NCBI GenBank assembly: GCA_965209155.1
Contig: OZ242383.1
Coordinates: 320,001-384,000 of the forward strand
Direction: 5' to 3'
Source: a bacterium
Lineage (GTDB): Bacteria > SAR324 > NAC60-12
DNA: 64,000 bases
Shown here: in pieces, positions 26,663-36,902 of the stretch
Position numbering within the stretch: position 1 is the stretch's first letter
Layout: the number at the start of each line of letters is the position of its first letter
Position numbers and translations under genes: made by a program
Notes under the pieces: generated by a model
What the model saw: only the letters and a program-made list of their open reading frames with translations
Told to the model about the DNA's origin: nothing
Databases searched by the model: none

Positions 26663-28243
26663 ATGCAGTTTATGGATTTACGTTTAAAGGGTTTCTTGAT
26701 TTTTGCAGTTCTGGCAATCAGCGTTTACTATTGTTTCCCTACTTACATGGCTTACCGTGAGGGGGGCAATCCACAGGAAGTGCAGAAAAAAGTCAATCTC
26801 GGTTTAGATCTTCAAGGCGGGATGTATCTGGATATCGAAGTGATCGTCGATGAAGCGGTCACGGCCGTGTTGCGGAGGACTGCTCAGGAATTGGAAGATC
26901 TTTTCATAGACAATCAAGTGGATTATCTCAATATTGAAGTGATCGCCCAAAACCAACTTGCTGTCGAATTGGCAACGGACGAGGTGGTAGATTTGGAAGA
27001 TTCACCTTATGCGCGTTTTTTAATTCAATTCGATTTGGAACAAACTGCGGATCAACAAATTTTAACCTTGCGAACCGAAGAAGCGGATCGCATCAAAAGG
27101 GGAGCCATAGAACAGGCATTGGAAGTAATGAGGAACCGTATCGACCAATTCGGAGTCACGGAACCCACTATCCAAATTCGGGGAGAAAACAGTATCTTGA
27201 TTCAGTTACCAGGCTTGACGGATCGAGAACGAGCCATTGACCTGATTGGAACGACAGCAGTTCTTCAATTTTACCTGGTGGAAGATTACGCCACCGAAAA
27301 TAATTACAACTCCCAAACCTCTACTGTAAAATACGAAGAAGAGGTCGATCCCGCAACCAATGAAGTACTCAGGATCATCCCCTACGTTCTGGAAAAGAAA
27401 CCGGTGCTCACAGGTGAATTTATTCGCGATGCCCAGGTTCGATTTGATCCAAATGACAACCAACCCTACGTCAGCCTTTCCTTTGATTCCGTAGGGGCGG
27501 ATCGGTTTGCCAAAATAACCCAGAAAAATCGAGGACGACGATTGGCAATCGTTCTGGATGGTAAAGTTCAGTCGGCGCCGGTTATCCGGGAAGCTATCAC
27601 CGGGGGAGAAGCATCCATTTCCGGTTTGTTCACGATCGACGAAGCCAGCAACCTGGCTTTGGTCCTGCGCTCGGGAGCATTGCCAGCCCCTATCGAAATA
27701 CGCGAAGAACGTACAGTGGGAGCAAGTCTCGGGGAGGATTCGGTTCGACAAGGGTTGATTTCCTTACTGATCGGAGGGGTCCTCGTTTTGATATTCATGA
27801 TGATCTATTATCAAGTCGCCGGTGCGTTTGCCAATGCAGCGCTCATCTTCAATATTATTCTGGTGATTTCCGTTCTGGCAGGATTTGAAGCCACTTTGAC
27901 ACTTCCGGGAATGGCAGGAATGGTCTTGACTCTGGGAATGGCGGTGGACGCCAATGTATTGATTTTTGAACGGGTTCGTGAGGAACTGAATCGTTCCGGA
28001 CACCCCCGCGCTGCAATAAATGAAGGATTCAGTAAGGCCTTTTTAACAATTGTAGATGCCAATATAACGACATTATTCGGGGCTTTGGCTCTACTACAAT
28101 TTGGTAGAGGTCCTATCAAGGGTTTTGCAGTCACTCTTTCGATCGGGATTGTGGCAAGTATGTTCACGGCGATTGTGGTTACCCGCTTCCTGTTTCAAGT
28201 GGTATATTTAAACCGCAAGCAATTGAAAAGCATTAGTATTTAG
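26663..28243 (+). CDS. secD: Protein translocase subunit SecD
   Basis: LGLDLQGG, RNRIDQFGVTEP, LRSGALPAP, GMAVDANVLIFER; start 26663 or 26672. Confidence 0.97.
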   Translation: MQFMDLRLKGFLIFAVLAISVYYCFPTYMAYREGGNPQEVQKKVNLGLDLQGGMYLDIEVIVDEAVTAVLRRTAQELEDLFIDNQVDYLNIEVIAQNQLAVELATDEVVDLEDSPYARFLIQFDLEQTADQQILTLRTEEADRIKRGAIEQALEVMRNRIDQFGVTEPTIQIRGENSILIQLPGLTDRERAIDLIGTTAVLQFYLVEDYATENNYNSQTSTVKYEEEVDPATNEVLRIIPYVLEKKPVLTGEFIRDAQVRFDPNDNQPYVSLSFDSVGADRFAKITQKNRGRRLAIVLDGKVQSAPVIREAITGGEASISGLFTIDEASNLALVLRSGALPAPIEIREERTVGASLGEDSVRQGLISLLIGGVLVLIFMMIYYQVAGAFANAALIFNIILVISVLAGFEATLTLPGMAGMVLTLGMAVDANVLIFERVREELNRSGHPRAAINEGFSKAFLTIVDANITTLFGALALLQFGRGPIKGFAVTLSIGIVASMFTAIVVTRFLFQVVYLNRKQLKSISI

Positions 28244-28255
28244 CAAAGAGGATGA

Positions 28256-29167
28256 ATGCGAATTCTCAAGGAAGTGACTCATTTTGATTTTCTTGGAAAA
28301 AAGCTGTATGCGCTGATTGTTTCAGTAATACTCATTCTGATGGGGATTGTTTCCGTCATTTACCATCAGGGGCTCAACTATGGAATCGACTTCAAGGGAG
28401 GTTTTCAGGTCAGAATCAAGTTTGAGCAGACCATTGATTTGAATGAATTGCGCAGTCAGTTTGATCGTCTCGAGATGACTTCCACCAGTTTGCAGACCAT
28501 TGGTGATTCAAACGAAGTCAAACTCGTCTTACCTTTGGACAACCCTTTGGGAACCGGGTCCGAACTGACCGGCAATCTGAATGAGTTGTTGGCCAGTGAT
28601 TATCCGAACCTGGAGATCCGCAGTGTGGAAAGCGTGGGTCCTCAAGTGGGGGATGAATTGAAGATGAGCGCTCTTTACGCGATTTTGATTGCGCTGGGTT
28701 TGATTTTAATCTACATCACCATCCGCTTCCATTGGAAATTTGGAATCAGCGCGATCTTGACTTTGACGCACGACGTGTTGGTTGTGGTCGGTTTTCTTTC
28801 CGTATTCGACAAAGAATTCACGCTCCCTGTCGTTGCAGCACTGCTCACCGTGGTGGGATATTCCCTCAACGACACCATTGTCGTTTTTGACCGTATACGC
28901 GAAAACATGGCCCGCTTCCGAAAAAAAGCCCTGGAGGACGTGATCAACCTGAGCATCAATGAAATTCTAAGCCGTACGATTTTGACGTCAGGTACGACTC
29001 TATTTGTAGTATTGGCTTTGTTTTTTCTGGGAGGAGCAATCATTCATGATTTTGCCTTTGGAATACTGGTGGGCGTTCTGGTAGGGACGTATTCGTCCAT
29101 CTATGTGGCAAGCCCGCTCCTTTTGCAAATGAGTGTCAAACCCCCAGCTCCCAAAACCCAGAGCTGA
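28256..29167 (+). CDS. secF: Protein translocase subunit SecF
   Basis: GIDFKGG, VGPQVGDEL, GYSLNDTIVVFDRIREN, GTYSSIYVA. Confidence 0.97.
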   Translation: MRILKEVTHFDFLGKKLYALIVSVILILMGIVSVIYHQGLNYGIDFKGGFQVRIKFEQTIDLNELRSQFDRLEMTSTSLQTIGDSNEVKLVLPLDNPLGTGSELTGNLNELLASDYPNLEIRSVESVGPQVGDELKMSALYAILIALGLILIYITIRFHWKFGISAILTLTHDVLVVVGFLSVFDKEFTLPVVAALLTVVGYSLNDTIVVFDRIRENMARFRKKALEDVINLSINEILSRTILTSGTTLFVVLALFFLGGAIIHDFAFGILVGVLVGTYSSIYVASPLLLQMSVKPPAPKTQS

Positions 29168-29177
29168 TTGGAATTGG

Positions 29178-30023
29178 ATGTTTAGTAGAGTTGCCGTGAT
29201 TGGATTGGGGCTGATTGGCGGTTCCCTGGCATTGGATCTGAAACGTCTGAAACTGACCGATCATATTCTGGGATACGATGCCGATGAAGAGCGCGGTAAG
29301 CGGGTCGCAATGCAGGGATTGGCAGACGAAGTTTTTGACGATTGGAATGACGAACTCTTCAATGCGGAACTGCTGGTCCTTGCCGTTCCTGTAGGTCAGG
29401 TTCCGTCTGTAATCGAAAATTGCCACCAATGGTTGAATCCCCATGCAATCGTGACGGACGTGGGAAGCGTGAAAAAACCCATTCTTGCCACGATGCGAAA
29501 CTATCCCAGCATCAATTTTGTGGGAGGACATCCGATTGCCGGTTCAGAAAATTTTGGACCGGAAAACGCAAAAACGGGTTTATTTAAAGATAAAAAATTT
29601 ATTGTAACTCCAACAGGCGACACCTCTCCTCGGGCACTGGAAATTATTAAAAAATTATGGAATGCGGTAGGGTGTCAGGTGTACGAAATGGATGCGGAGT
29701 TGCACGACGATATTTTCGCATCCGTCAGTCATCTCCCCCATTTACTGGCTTATGCGACCATCGAAGCTATCGGGACAAGAAGTACTCCGGATATCCTTGA
29801 ATATTTTGGTGCAGGACTGAAAGATTTTTCTCGAATCGCATCGTCGAGTCCACGGATGTGGACTGATATATTTATCGAGAATCGAGATTATCTCCTGGCC
29901 AGTGTGGCACATACTCGTCAAATTATAGAGCAGATGGAAACGCTCGTACGTGAAAGGAATCACCAGGGTTTGATGGAATTGTTAATCCATTCGAAAAATT
30001 TAAGGGACAGCTGGATCAGTTGA
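29178..30023 (+). CDS. tyrA: Prephenate/arogenate dehydrogenase
   Basis: GLGLIGGSLA, TDVGSVK, GGHPIAGSE, SHLPHL, DFSRIASS. Confidence 0.93.
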   Translation: MFSRVAVIGLGLIGGSLALDLKRLKLTDHILGYDADEERGKRVAMQGLADEVFDDWNDELFNAELLVLAVPVGQVPSVIENCHQWLNPHAIVTDVGSVKKPILATMRNYPSINFVGGHPIAGSENFGPENAKTGLFKDKKFIVTPTGDTSPRALEIIKKLWNAVGCQVYEMDAELHDDIFASVSHLPHLLAYATIEAIGTRSTPDILEYFGAGLKDFSRIASSSPRMWTDIFIENRDYLLASVAHTRQIIEQMETLVRERNHQGLMELLIHSKNLRDSWIS

Positions 30024-30067
30024 ACCTGCCTTTTCCACGTACGATGAAAATACCGTGGTCTGAGCGT

Positions 30068-30670
30068 TTATAATCCTTTGATTCTATTGTGGAAAAATTC
30101 AACTAAATCGGATTTGCTCCATGCCCTGGGGCCCAATGCCCGTCCCAAAATAGTCTTGTCACGGTCGATCAAGAAGGTGGCAGGCAGGTTCTGGATTCCA
30201 TAGAGTTGACTGATTTCCATTTCCGGATCGGCAATGATCGGGAAAGTGAATGGATGTTTTTTTAAGAATTTCTCAATTTTTTCCTTCCCTTCTCCCATAC
30301 TCACTGCCAGAATCACCATTCCTTCTTCCTTCAGTTTCTGGTAAAGATCTTCCAGGTCCGGCATTTCTTTCAGACAGGGAGAACACCAGGTTGCCCAGAA
30401 ATTGAGCAAAATGAACTGGTTTTCATACATGTATAACTCAGCGTGGGCGTGATTGATGGGAATTCCTTGAAAATTCTCGGCCTTGAGCACGATTCCAGGC
30501 AGTTCGACAAAGTGACTCCTCAGCAAATTTTGTTCGTCAACGCTGAGATTGAGGTCAGGGTGAGGTTTGGAATGGGATGAGTGATTGTGATCCCCATGAG
30601 CCTGAAAAAATATTCCTGTGATCTGGAATGCCAGGAGAAAACAAAAAATGCGGAATTTTGAATTTTTCAT
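30068..30670 (-). CDS. TlpA/ResA-family thiol:disulfide oxidoreductase
   Basis: LNFWATWCSPCLKEMP, LPATFLID; signal peptide and His-rich N-terminus. Confidence 0.92.
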   Translation of the reverse strand: MKNSKFRIFCFLLAFQITGIFFQAHGDHNHSSHSKPHPDLNLSVDEQNLLRSHFVELPGIVLKAENFQGIPINHAHAELYMYENQFILLNFWATWCSPCLKEMPDLEDLYQKLKEEGMVILAVSMGEGKEKIEKFLKKHPFTFPIIADPEMEISQLYGIQNLPATFLIDRDKTILGRALGPRAWSKSDLVEFFHNRIKGL

Positions 30671-30815
30671 GAGTTTTCCGATGTGCTGAAAATTGACAAA
30701 ACCTTCGTTCGTATTGTTTACTACAGTATGTCGCCTTCAAATGCAGTATATTGCAGAAATTTCAGTAGCGCAATTCCAGTACGAATTTCAACCTCCGGGA
30801 ATATCGATTCAGAGC

Positions 30816-31637
30816 ATGAAAGCAGTCATCATCATACCCGCCCGTTATCACTCCACCCGGTTCCCCGGCAAACCGTTGATTTCCCTTGCAGGGAAGACAT
30901 TATTGAATCGGGTTTGTGATATTGCTTTGTATGCGGCAACTCGTGTTCAGATGGAAGTGGAGGTGATTGTCGCAACCGATGATCAGCGTATTGTCAGTCA
31001 TGCGGAATCTATCGGCGTGCAAGCGGTGCGCACTCCTCAAGACTGTGAGACCGGGACAGATCGGGCATTTGCAGCAGTCGAGCAATTAAAAATACAACCC
31101 GATGCCATTGTCAATTTGCAGGGAGACGCTCCATTGACTCCCGTCCATTTTGTGGAAGCAATCCTGCGAGCACTCTCGTCGGATCGATCCATTCAATGGG
31201 TCACTCCTGTTGCTCAACTCAGTTGGCAAGAACTGGATCAGTTTCGGGAAAACAAAAAAACAACTCCGTTTAGTGGCACGACGGTCATCCTGGACCATCG
31301 AGAGCGGGCTGTCTGGTTTTCCAAAAATATTATTCCTGCGATTCGTGACGAAAAAAAATTACGCGATCGTACGAAAATCTCTCCTGTATATCGACACGTT
31401 GGCTTGTATGGTTGTACCTTGGAAATGTTGCGTATCTATGCCAATCTCTCGCAATCTCCTCATGAGATATTGGAAGGATTGGAGCAGTTACGGCTTTTGG
31501 AAAACGGTTATCAAATACGAGTGGTAAAAGTACGCTATGGGAATCATCCCGCTATGTCCGGAGTCGACACGCCAGAGGATGCGAAAAGAGCGGAAGATCT
31601 CATTAGGAGAGCGTGTCTGAAATCCGGCAATTTTTAA
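30816..31637 (+). CDS. kdsB: 3-deoxy-manno-octulosonate cytidylyltransferase
   Basis: IPARYHSTRFPGKPL, VATDD, GTDR, NLQGD, LEQLRLLENG, GVDTPED. Confidence 0.93.
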   Translation: MKAVIIIPARYHSTRFPGKPLISLAGKTLLNRVCDIALYAATRVQMEVEVIVATDDQRIVSHAESIGVQAVRTPQDCETGTDRAFAAVEQLKIQPDAIVNLQGDAPLTPVHFVEAILRALSSDRSIQWVTPVAQLSWQELDQFRENKKTTPFSGTTVILDHRERAVWFSKNIIPAIRDEKKLRDRTKISPVYRHVGLYGCTLEMLRIYANLSQSPHEILEGLEQLRLLENGYQIRVVKVRYGNHPAMSGVDTPEDAKRAEDLIRRACLKSGNF

Positions 31638-33052
31638 ATTCCACCGAGACGAGCCACCTGCTCTTCCAGGGGTTCCGCTCAACAATACCAGGGTTCATTC
31701 AAGTAAGGAAAGGTAGCGCGAGAGGAAATGAATGGGGGTTGAGGTAGAGGAATGTTTGGCGATTTTTTTTGATTCACCCTGGTCCGGATCATCGTAAAAA
31801 TTTCTCGATGGGAAGCCTGCATTTCGATTCTTGCGGAAGCAATTTGCATGACTTCTTTTTGCAATGCGTCGATTTGCTGATCCTGGTGATACCATTCGTA
31901 TGCGAGTGAGGTTTCGTTGAATTCTCCGACAAACTGATGAATTTCCGGGAGTTCCAGCAACAGGGATCCCGCCGGAATCAACAAGCGGATGGCCAACTGG
32001 ATGGGTGCGACGCGTTCCACCAGGTCCAGCTCGTGGATAGTGGAAAGCAAATCCTCGTACCCTTGCAGGGTCGTCCATGGGGTGAAGGGAATGAAGGTCG
32101 GATTGAGAGCCAGCCCTGTTTCATCGAGCAATTGAACCGCTTTCATGAAGTCCGTAAGCGTGTGATTCTTTCGAAAGATCGACAAGACCCGGTTATCAAC
32201 GGATTCGACGGCGCTGGTGACCATCAAACATCCTGTTTCTTTCAGCAGTGGCAGTTGATGAGCATGGCGTAAAATATGTTCGATTTTGATGGTGACGTCA
32301 TAGGTCAGCCAGGGAAATTCATCGTGCATGGCTTGAACCAGGGGCAGGGCGTGTCCGCTGCCGTTGAAAAAATCGGGATCGCCGAATGTGATGTGCTCCG
32401 CTCCCGCTGCTACTTGTTGACGAACGTCCGCCAGCACGATATCGCTTTGAACGATGCGGAATTTCCCTTCGTAAACGGGTACGATCGGACAATGGCGACA
32501 CGAATGTTTGCATCCCCGGGAGGCTTCCACGTAACCAACCGTCCGTGAAGAATGAACGCTGCGGGCTAATTGCGCATAACGGGATAGCTCCGGCAAGTCG
32601 CTACGTTCCGGGACCCGGAACTGCTGTCTTGCCAGGGAGATGAGGGGTTCATGCTGTCCGGGAGTCCGCATTGCTCCTTCTTCTTTTTGCAGCCGCCGGG
32701 CCAGGTGGAGCAGACCCGCCTCGAATTCTCCTCCCAGGATAGTATCTACGCCCAACCTGCGGAGATACGCTTCATTCAAGGGGGCGTAAAGACCATAACA
32801 GCATAGATGAGCCCGCCGATTGATTTGCTTCGCCCGGGAAATCGCAGGCACCGCGAGGCGGGTTGCGGTGTGCATGGGAAGATAAAAGGCAACCAGGTCG
32901 GCTTGTTCGATCACCTCCACGGGCAGGGGGTCCAGGGACGTGTCCCTGCAACTCACTTTGAACCCGTGATGTCGCAACCACGCTGCCGGGGATGCCAATC
33001 CGAAGGGTTGACGTCCCAGGTCATACGTGGAAATCAAAAGCGCGTGTCGCAT
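31634..33052 (-). CDS. CUAEP-tail radical SAM selenoprotein (TGA at 31679-31681 read as Sec)
   Basis: CKHSCRHC radical SAM motif; 3' end reads TGG TAT TGT TGA GCG GAA CCC = W-Y-C-U-A-E-P, then LEEQVARLGGI to TAA at 31634-31636. Confidence 0.9.
31645..31678 (-). promoter_or_regulatory. Putative bacterial SECIS element
   Basis: 15 nt after the UGA: GAGC-AGGUG-GCUC hairpin with a GGU-containing apical loop. Confidence 0.65.
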
Positions 33053-33057
33053 CGAGC

Positions 33058-33990
33058 TTATTTTGCAGGTTGGTAATAAGGATTGGTCCCATTGGCATGG
33101 TCGGTCACGTCCAGAATTTCCACGATCCCCGGAATATTTTCCTTCACCATCACTTCCACTCCTTGCTTCAAAGTGGCACCGACCATACCGCATCCTTTAC
33201 ATCCCCCACCGAATTCCAGGAAGACGCGCCCGTCCTTGATGTCGATCAATTCCACGAAACCTCCGTGGGAGGCCACCATGGGATTGATCTGTTCTGCGAG
33301 CAGTTGTTCCATCATATCCTTCTCGTTCCCATCGAGGGGGGCCACTTCGCATTCCGCATTGCTGACCTTGAAGGGTTCGTCCGAGCTTTCGTCATAATCA
33401 ACGAAAGTATCTTCCAGGAACAACATGGCATCCGCATCCAGGTAAATCTCGAAATCTCCGTTATCGAGTACCGTGTCCCGGGAGGTGTCCTCTTCCACGC
33501 TGACGAAGGCGGAACCGAACCTCGCTTTTTTTGTCGAGATGGGTTTGACGACGATGCGAAACCCTTTTAAGGAGGAATCTTGCAGTCGTTGTCTGATGTG
33601 CTCCCTGGCGCTTTTTGAAATGGAATAGTCGACGTGGCGCAGGGATTCGACGAGGGCCTGGTAGTCATCGATGAAATAGAAAGTATCGAATCCATTTTCA
33701 TAGAGAATCTCCGCCGCCTGCCGTCCTTCGTCGTTTTCGCCACCATAAAGCAGGATGTCGCCTTCATAAGGCATTTGGTAAATGGCGTCATCAAAGTGAT
33801 GCATAGGCAGTGAGTACGCGCCCGGCAAATGGGAATGCTCGTATTCTTCCGCCGTCCTCAGGTCAAACACGTAGGGTCGTACCGCCGTCTTCCGTTTCTC
33901 CAGAAATCCGGCAAAAGACAGACGAAAGGTTTCGGGATCGAATTTTTCTTCTTCCGTCGTGGAATCGGACAGGTTTTTAAAGTTGAACAT
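33058..33990 (-). CDS. Rhodanese-like + NfuA (degenerate A-type domain + NifU C-terminal) fusion protein
   Basis: FDLRTAEEYEHSHLPGA rhodanese signature; DFEIYLDADAMLFLE..VDY; INPMVASHGGFVEL..GGGCKGC..TLKQGVE; RBS AAGGAG before ATG 33990. Confidence 0.88.
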   Translation of the reverse strand: MFNFKNLSDSTTEEEKFDPETFRLSFAGFLEKRKTAVRPYVFDLRTAEEYEHSHLPGAYSLPMHHFDDAIYQMPYEGDILLYGGENDEGRQAAEILYENGFDTFYFIDDYQALVESLRHVDYSISKSAREHIRQRLQDSSLKGFRIVVKPISTKKARFGSAFVSVEEDTSRDTVLDNGDFEIYLDADAMLFLEDTFVDYDESSDEPFKVSNAECEVAPLDGNEKDMMEQLLAEQINPMVASHGGFVELIDIKDGRVFLEFGGGCKGCGMVGATLKQGVEVMVKENIPGIVEILDVTDHANGTNPYYQPAK

Positions 33991-34177
33991 AGCAGGCTCC
34001 TTTTTGCAGACTTTTTTCACTCGGCATTCTTTAGCCCTGATTGTAGCGCATGTCCGCATTATGTCAACAAGCTTGCGCGAATAGTCCGGGCTCATAGAGA
34101 ACTTTGAGCTTTCTTTTTGGCAGAATTTCATTTATATTCAAGCATTTTCATTTCCTCCCCATTCCTCCGAAAACACT

Positions 34178-35476
34178 TTGCGGAAAATAGACTCCCACGT
34201 CTGGCAGAAGACCGGCACAACAATACGAACTTCCCGCCAGGGGCCCGCTTCTCTCCCGAGAAGCGAATCTCACTCACGGGAAGCAGGCAGTCCTCGTCTG
34301 GCGCAGGCTTTGATTATACCAAAGCAGCGCAGCCTGGAACTCCCCCCTGTCCATGGATTCCATCCCTACCCGGGACGCTGTCATCCCTATATCGCGCGCG
34401 CGCTTCTGCAACAAATCAAGGCGCGAAACGGTTCCTGTCTTTTCGACCCTTTTATGGGAGGAGGGACTTTCCTGGTGGAGGGGATGTGCCGGGAATTTGA
34501 AGTGTTGGGTAACGATCTCAACCCGATCGCTTCCCTGACGGCTCGGGAACGCTGCCGTCCGCGCACTCCCCTGGAAAGCCGTGGCGTATTCGAGACGGCC
34601 GCCAGGTTGCGGCAAAGGATCATTGCCGGAGAAGGTTCTGCCGAGAAGAAAATCATCCTCCGTCGCAACGTGACCTGGCTCAAGCCTCATTACGCCCCTC
34701 ACCTTTTCGTGGAATTGCTTTCCTGGATCGACGCCATCGATAAGATTTCCCCGTCTCCGGTGCGTGACACGCTCCGCGCGGTGTTCGTCAGTCTGGTATT
34801 CCGATTTTCGAATGAATTCACAGACCCGGATGGAGAGCGAAAAACGCCATCCATCCGCAAAGGAGTGATTTCACGCCGGATGCTCCAGCAAACGGAGACG
34901 TTGCTCAAAGCGCAAAACGACTTCAAACGCAAAATCTCCCTGAAGACCAAAGCGGCCACGATTTCGGTGAAAGACATCAACAGGCTCGGAGCCAGCGAGA
35001 ACGACTTCCTGGAAAAACCCGTGGATTTGATTGTCACTCACCCTCCCCTGCCGGACGCTTATGATTATTACCGCCATTACGAGTTGCAATTGAAATGGCT
35101 CGATTTGCCTCACAAGGATCTGAAACACCATGAAATCGGCCCCCGCCGCATGTCGGGCAGGCAATGGAAACCGCATTTTCGGGAAATCCTTTTCAAACTG
35201 CGGAAATTGCTCAAACCCGGAGGATCCTGCTACCTCATCTTCCACGACTGGCGGGAAAACGACACCCCCGTCGACGCCTTGGCCTACTTTAAAAAATACG
35301 CCCCCAGCGTTGGATGGACTTTCCGCGAATCCGCATCCCTGGAACGACCCGCTCGTTTTTACGAAAAATACGACAGACGAGAACACCTCATCCATCTCGA
35401 GAATCCACTTCCCTACAAACCCCGCAAGGGTGTTTCCCCCGGAAAAGAAAAGCATCCCACTTTCACGTCTTCTTGA
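34178..35476 (+). CDS. DNA methyltransferase-like SAM-binding protein; start uncertain
   Basis: HGFHPYPGR, LFDPFMGGGT, GNDLNP; motif IV position reads THPPL; LLKPGG. Confidence 0.7.
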   Translation: MRKIDSHVWQKTGTTIRTSRQGPASLPRSESHSREAGSPRLAQALIIPKQRSLELPPVHGFHPYPGRCHPYIARALLQQIKARNGSCLFDPFMGGGTFLVEGMCREFEVLGNDLNPIASLTARERCRPRTPLESRGVFETAARLRQRIIAGEGSAEKKIILRRNVTWLKPHYAPHLFVELLSWIDAIDKISPSPVRDTLRAVFVSLVFRFSNEFTDPDGERKTPSIRKGVISRRMLQQTETLLKAQNDFKRKISLKTKAATISVKDINRLGASENDFLEKPVDLIVTHPPLPDAYDYYRHYELQLKWLDLPHKDLKHHEIGPRRMSGRQWKPHFREILFKLRKLLKPGGSCYLIFHDWRENDTPVDALAYFKKYAPSVGWTFRESASLERPARFYEKYDRREHLIHLENPLPYKPRKGVSPGKEKHPTFTSS

Positions 35477-35522
35477 GTGAATCTGCATCAGAGATTGTTC
35501 TTTTTGAAATCATACTCAACGA

Positions 35523-36902
35523 TTAAAAAAGACAGGAAATGGCGAGGTTGAGTTGGTTCCGGTAGGGATTGAGCCCGAATTCGCTGAAAGTGGGTCCCTG
35601 GAAAGTAGTCCATTCCAGGGAGAGGGTCCATTGGTCGCTGCGGAACTGGCTCAATTTTTCACGAAAGAGGAAACTGGAATCGTCCAAATTGAACAAGGCG
35701 ATGCTTTCCGATTCGTAGTTGCTGGCAAATCGATTGCTGATCAAACGCAGAAAAATGTAATTTTGTCGAAAAGGATTGCGTTTCAGAAGGAGTTGCGTTT
35801 GAGACAGAAACCCCGAATGAGGATCACTTCCCACAATGCGCGTCGAATTCTCTTTTTGCGCACGGTGCGCGGTTTGAATCCCCTGCCGGATGAGTCTCCA
35901 TTCTTGCCGGGAATAACCCGGTTCATGGAAAAGCCATTCAGCAGCCAGGTTGAATCCATTGCTGAAAGTGAACTGGGCTCCGCTTAAAAACCGGGAGAAG
36001 AGCCGGTTTTTGCCGGAGTGGTCGTTCCGATAAACAAAAAACGGGGAATTTCCTCCGGTTTCAACCTCCGCATTCCATGGTCGTTCACTCATCGAGGGGA
36101 CCGGGTGACCGCGACCCCGTTGCAACGCGTATTCCCCGTGGATTTCGAGGGATTCTCCCAGGACCGCATTCCAGGCAAGGCCGCTCGTTGCAGGCAGCGT
36201 CTGCGGCGCGAGAGGGCTGCCCTCGAGATAATCCCGCAAGCTATGCCCTTCCATTCCTCCCTGCACGTGAATCCAGGAAAGATCGAAATCGCCAAACGTA
36301 TGATCCCACTTGAAAGCAATCCTTCTTTTGTTTTCCGAATCCGGAATGACGAAGGCCTGTTCAACGGTTTTTTCGTCGCCAACCCCTGCCAGGATGGCAC
36401 TGAAAGTGGAACGCTCCCCTAATATTTCCAGCTTCAACAGGGTCACTCCGGGGTGATTCGCATGGGGCTCCGCAGGATCTTCAGGAGGGAGTAGGACGTT
36501 GACCGGATTGAACGCATAACCGGTCCCCCATTTTTCCAGGACTTTACCCACGTCCAAGAAAACGAGGGGCGTTATTTCATAATGAAGCGCGCCTTCGATC
36601 AGACGGAATCGACCACCGGATTGCCTCCCGCTTTCCCGGAAGATCGCTTCTCCACGGAAATAAAAACGAAAGCGAGGATGCCATTCCCCCTGGATTTCGC
36701 CAAGCAGCGACCCGACGACCTGCCAGGGGGAGAGCGCGATTCCCGGCGTTGGCCACCCGTCATTTGTTCTCTGCTCGTTTTTTTGCCATTCAACCCGCCA
36801 TTCTCCACGCGAGTCCCGGAAATCCAAAGCTTGGGCGGATATGGCAAAAAGAAGCCAAGCGATGGTGCAACCACCGATCCCGTTGACGTACGAGGCCCTC
36901 AT
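35523..36902 (-). CDS. Hypothetical exported protein, probable outer-membrane beta-barrel
   Basis: Signal peptide; GKVLEKWGTGYAFNP motif; alternating strands; C-terminal Phe. Confidence 0.65.
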   Translation of the reverse strand: MRASYVNGIGGCTIAWLLFAISAQALDFRDSRGEWRVEWQKNEQRTNDGWPTPGIALSPWQVVGSLLGEIQGEWHPRFRFYFRGEAIFRESGRQSGGRFRLIEGALHYEITPLVFLDVGKVLEKWGTGYAFNPVNVLLPPEDPAEPHANHPGVTLLKLEILGERSTFSAILAGVGDEKTVEQAFVIPDSENKRRIAFKWDHTFGDFDLSWIHVQGGMEGHSLRDYLEGSPLAPQTLPATSGLAWNAVLGESLEIHGEYALQRGRGHPVPSMSERPWNAEVETGGNSPFFVYRNDHSGKNRLFSRFLSGAQFTFSNGFNLAAEWLFHEPGYSRQEWRLIRQGIQTAHRAQKENSTRIVGSDPHSGFLSQTQLLLKRNPFRQNYIFLRLISNRFASNYESESIALFNLDDSSFLFREKLSQFRSDQWTLSLEWTTFQGPTFSEFGLNPYRNQLNLAISCLF

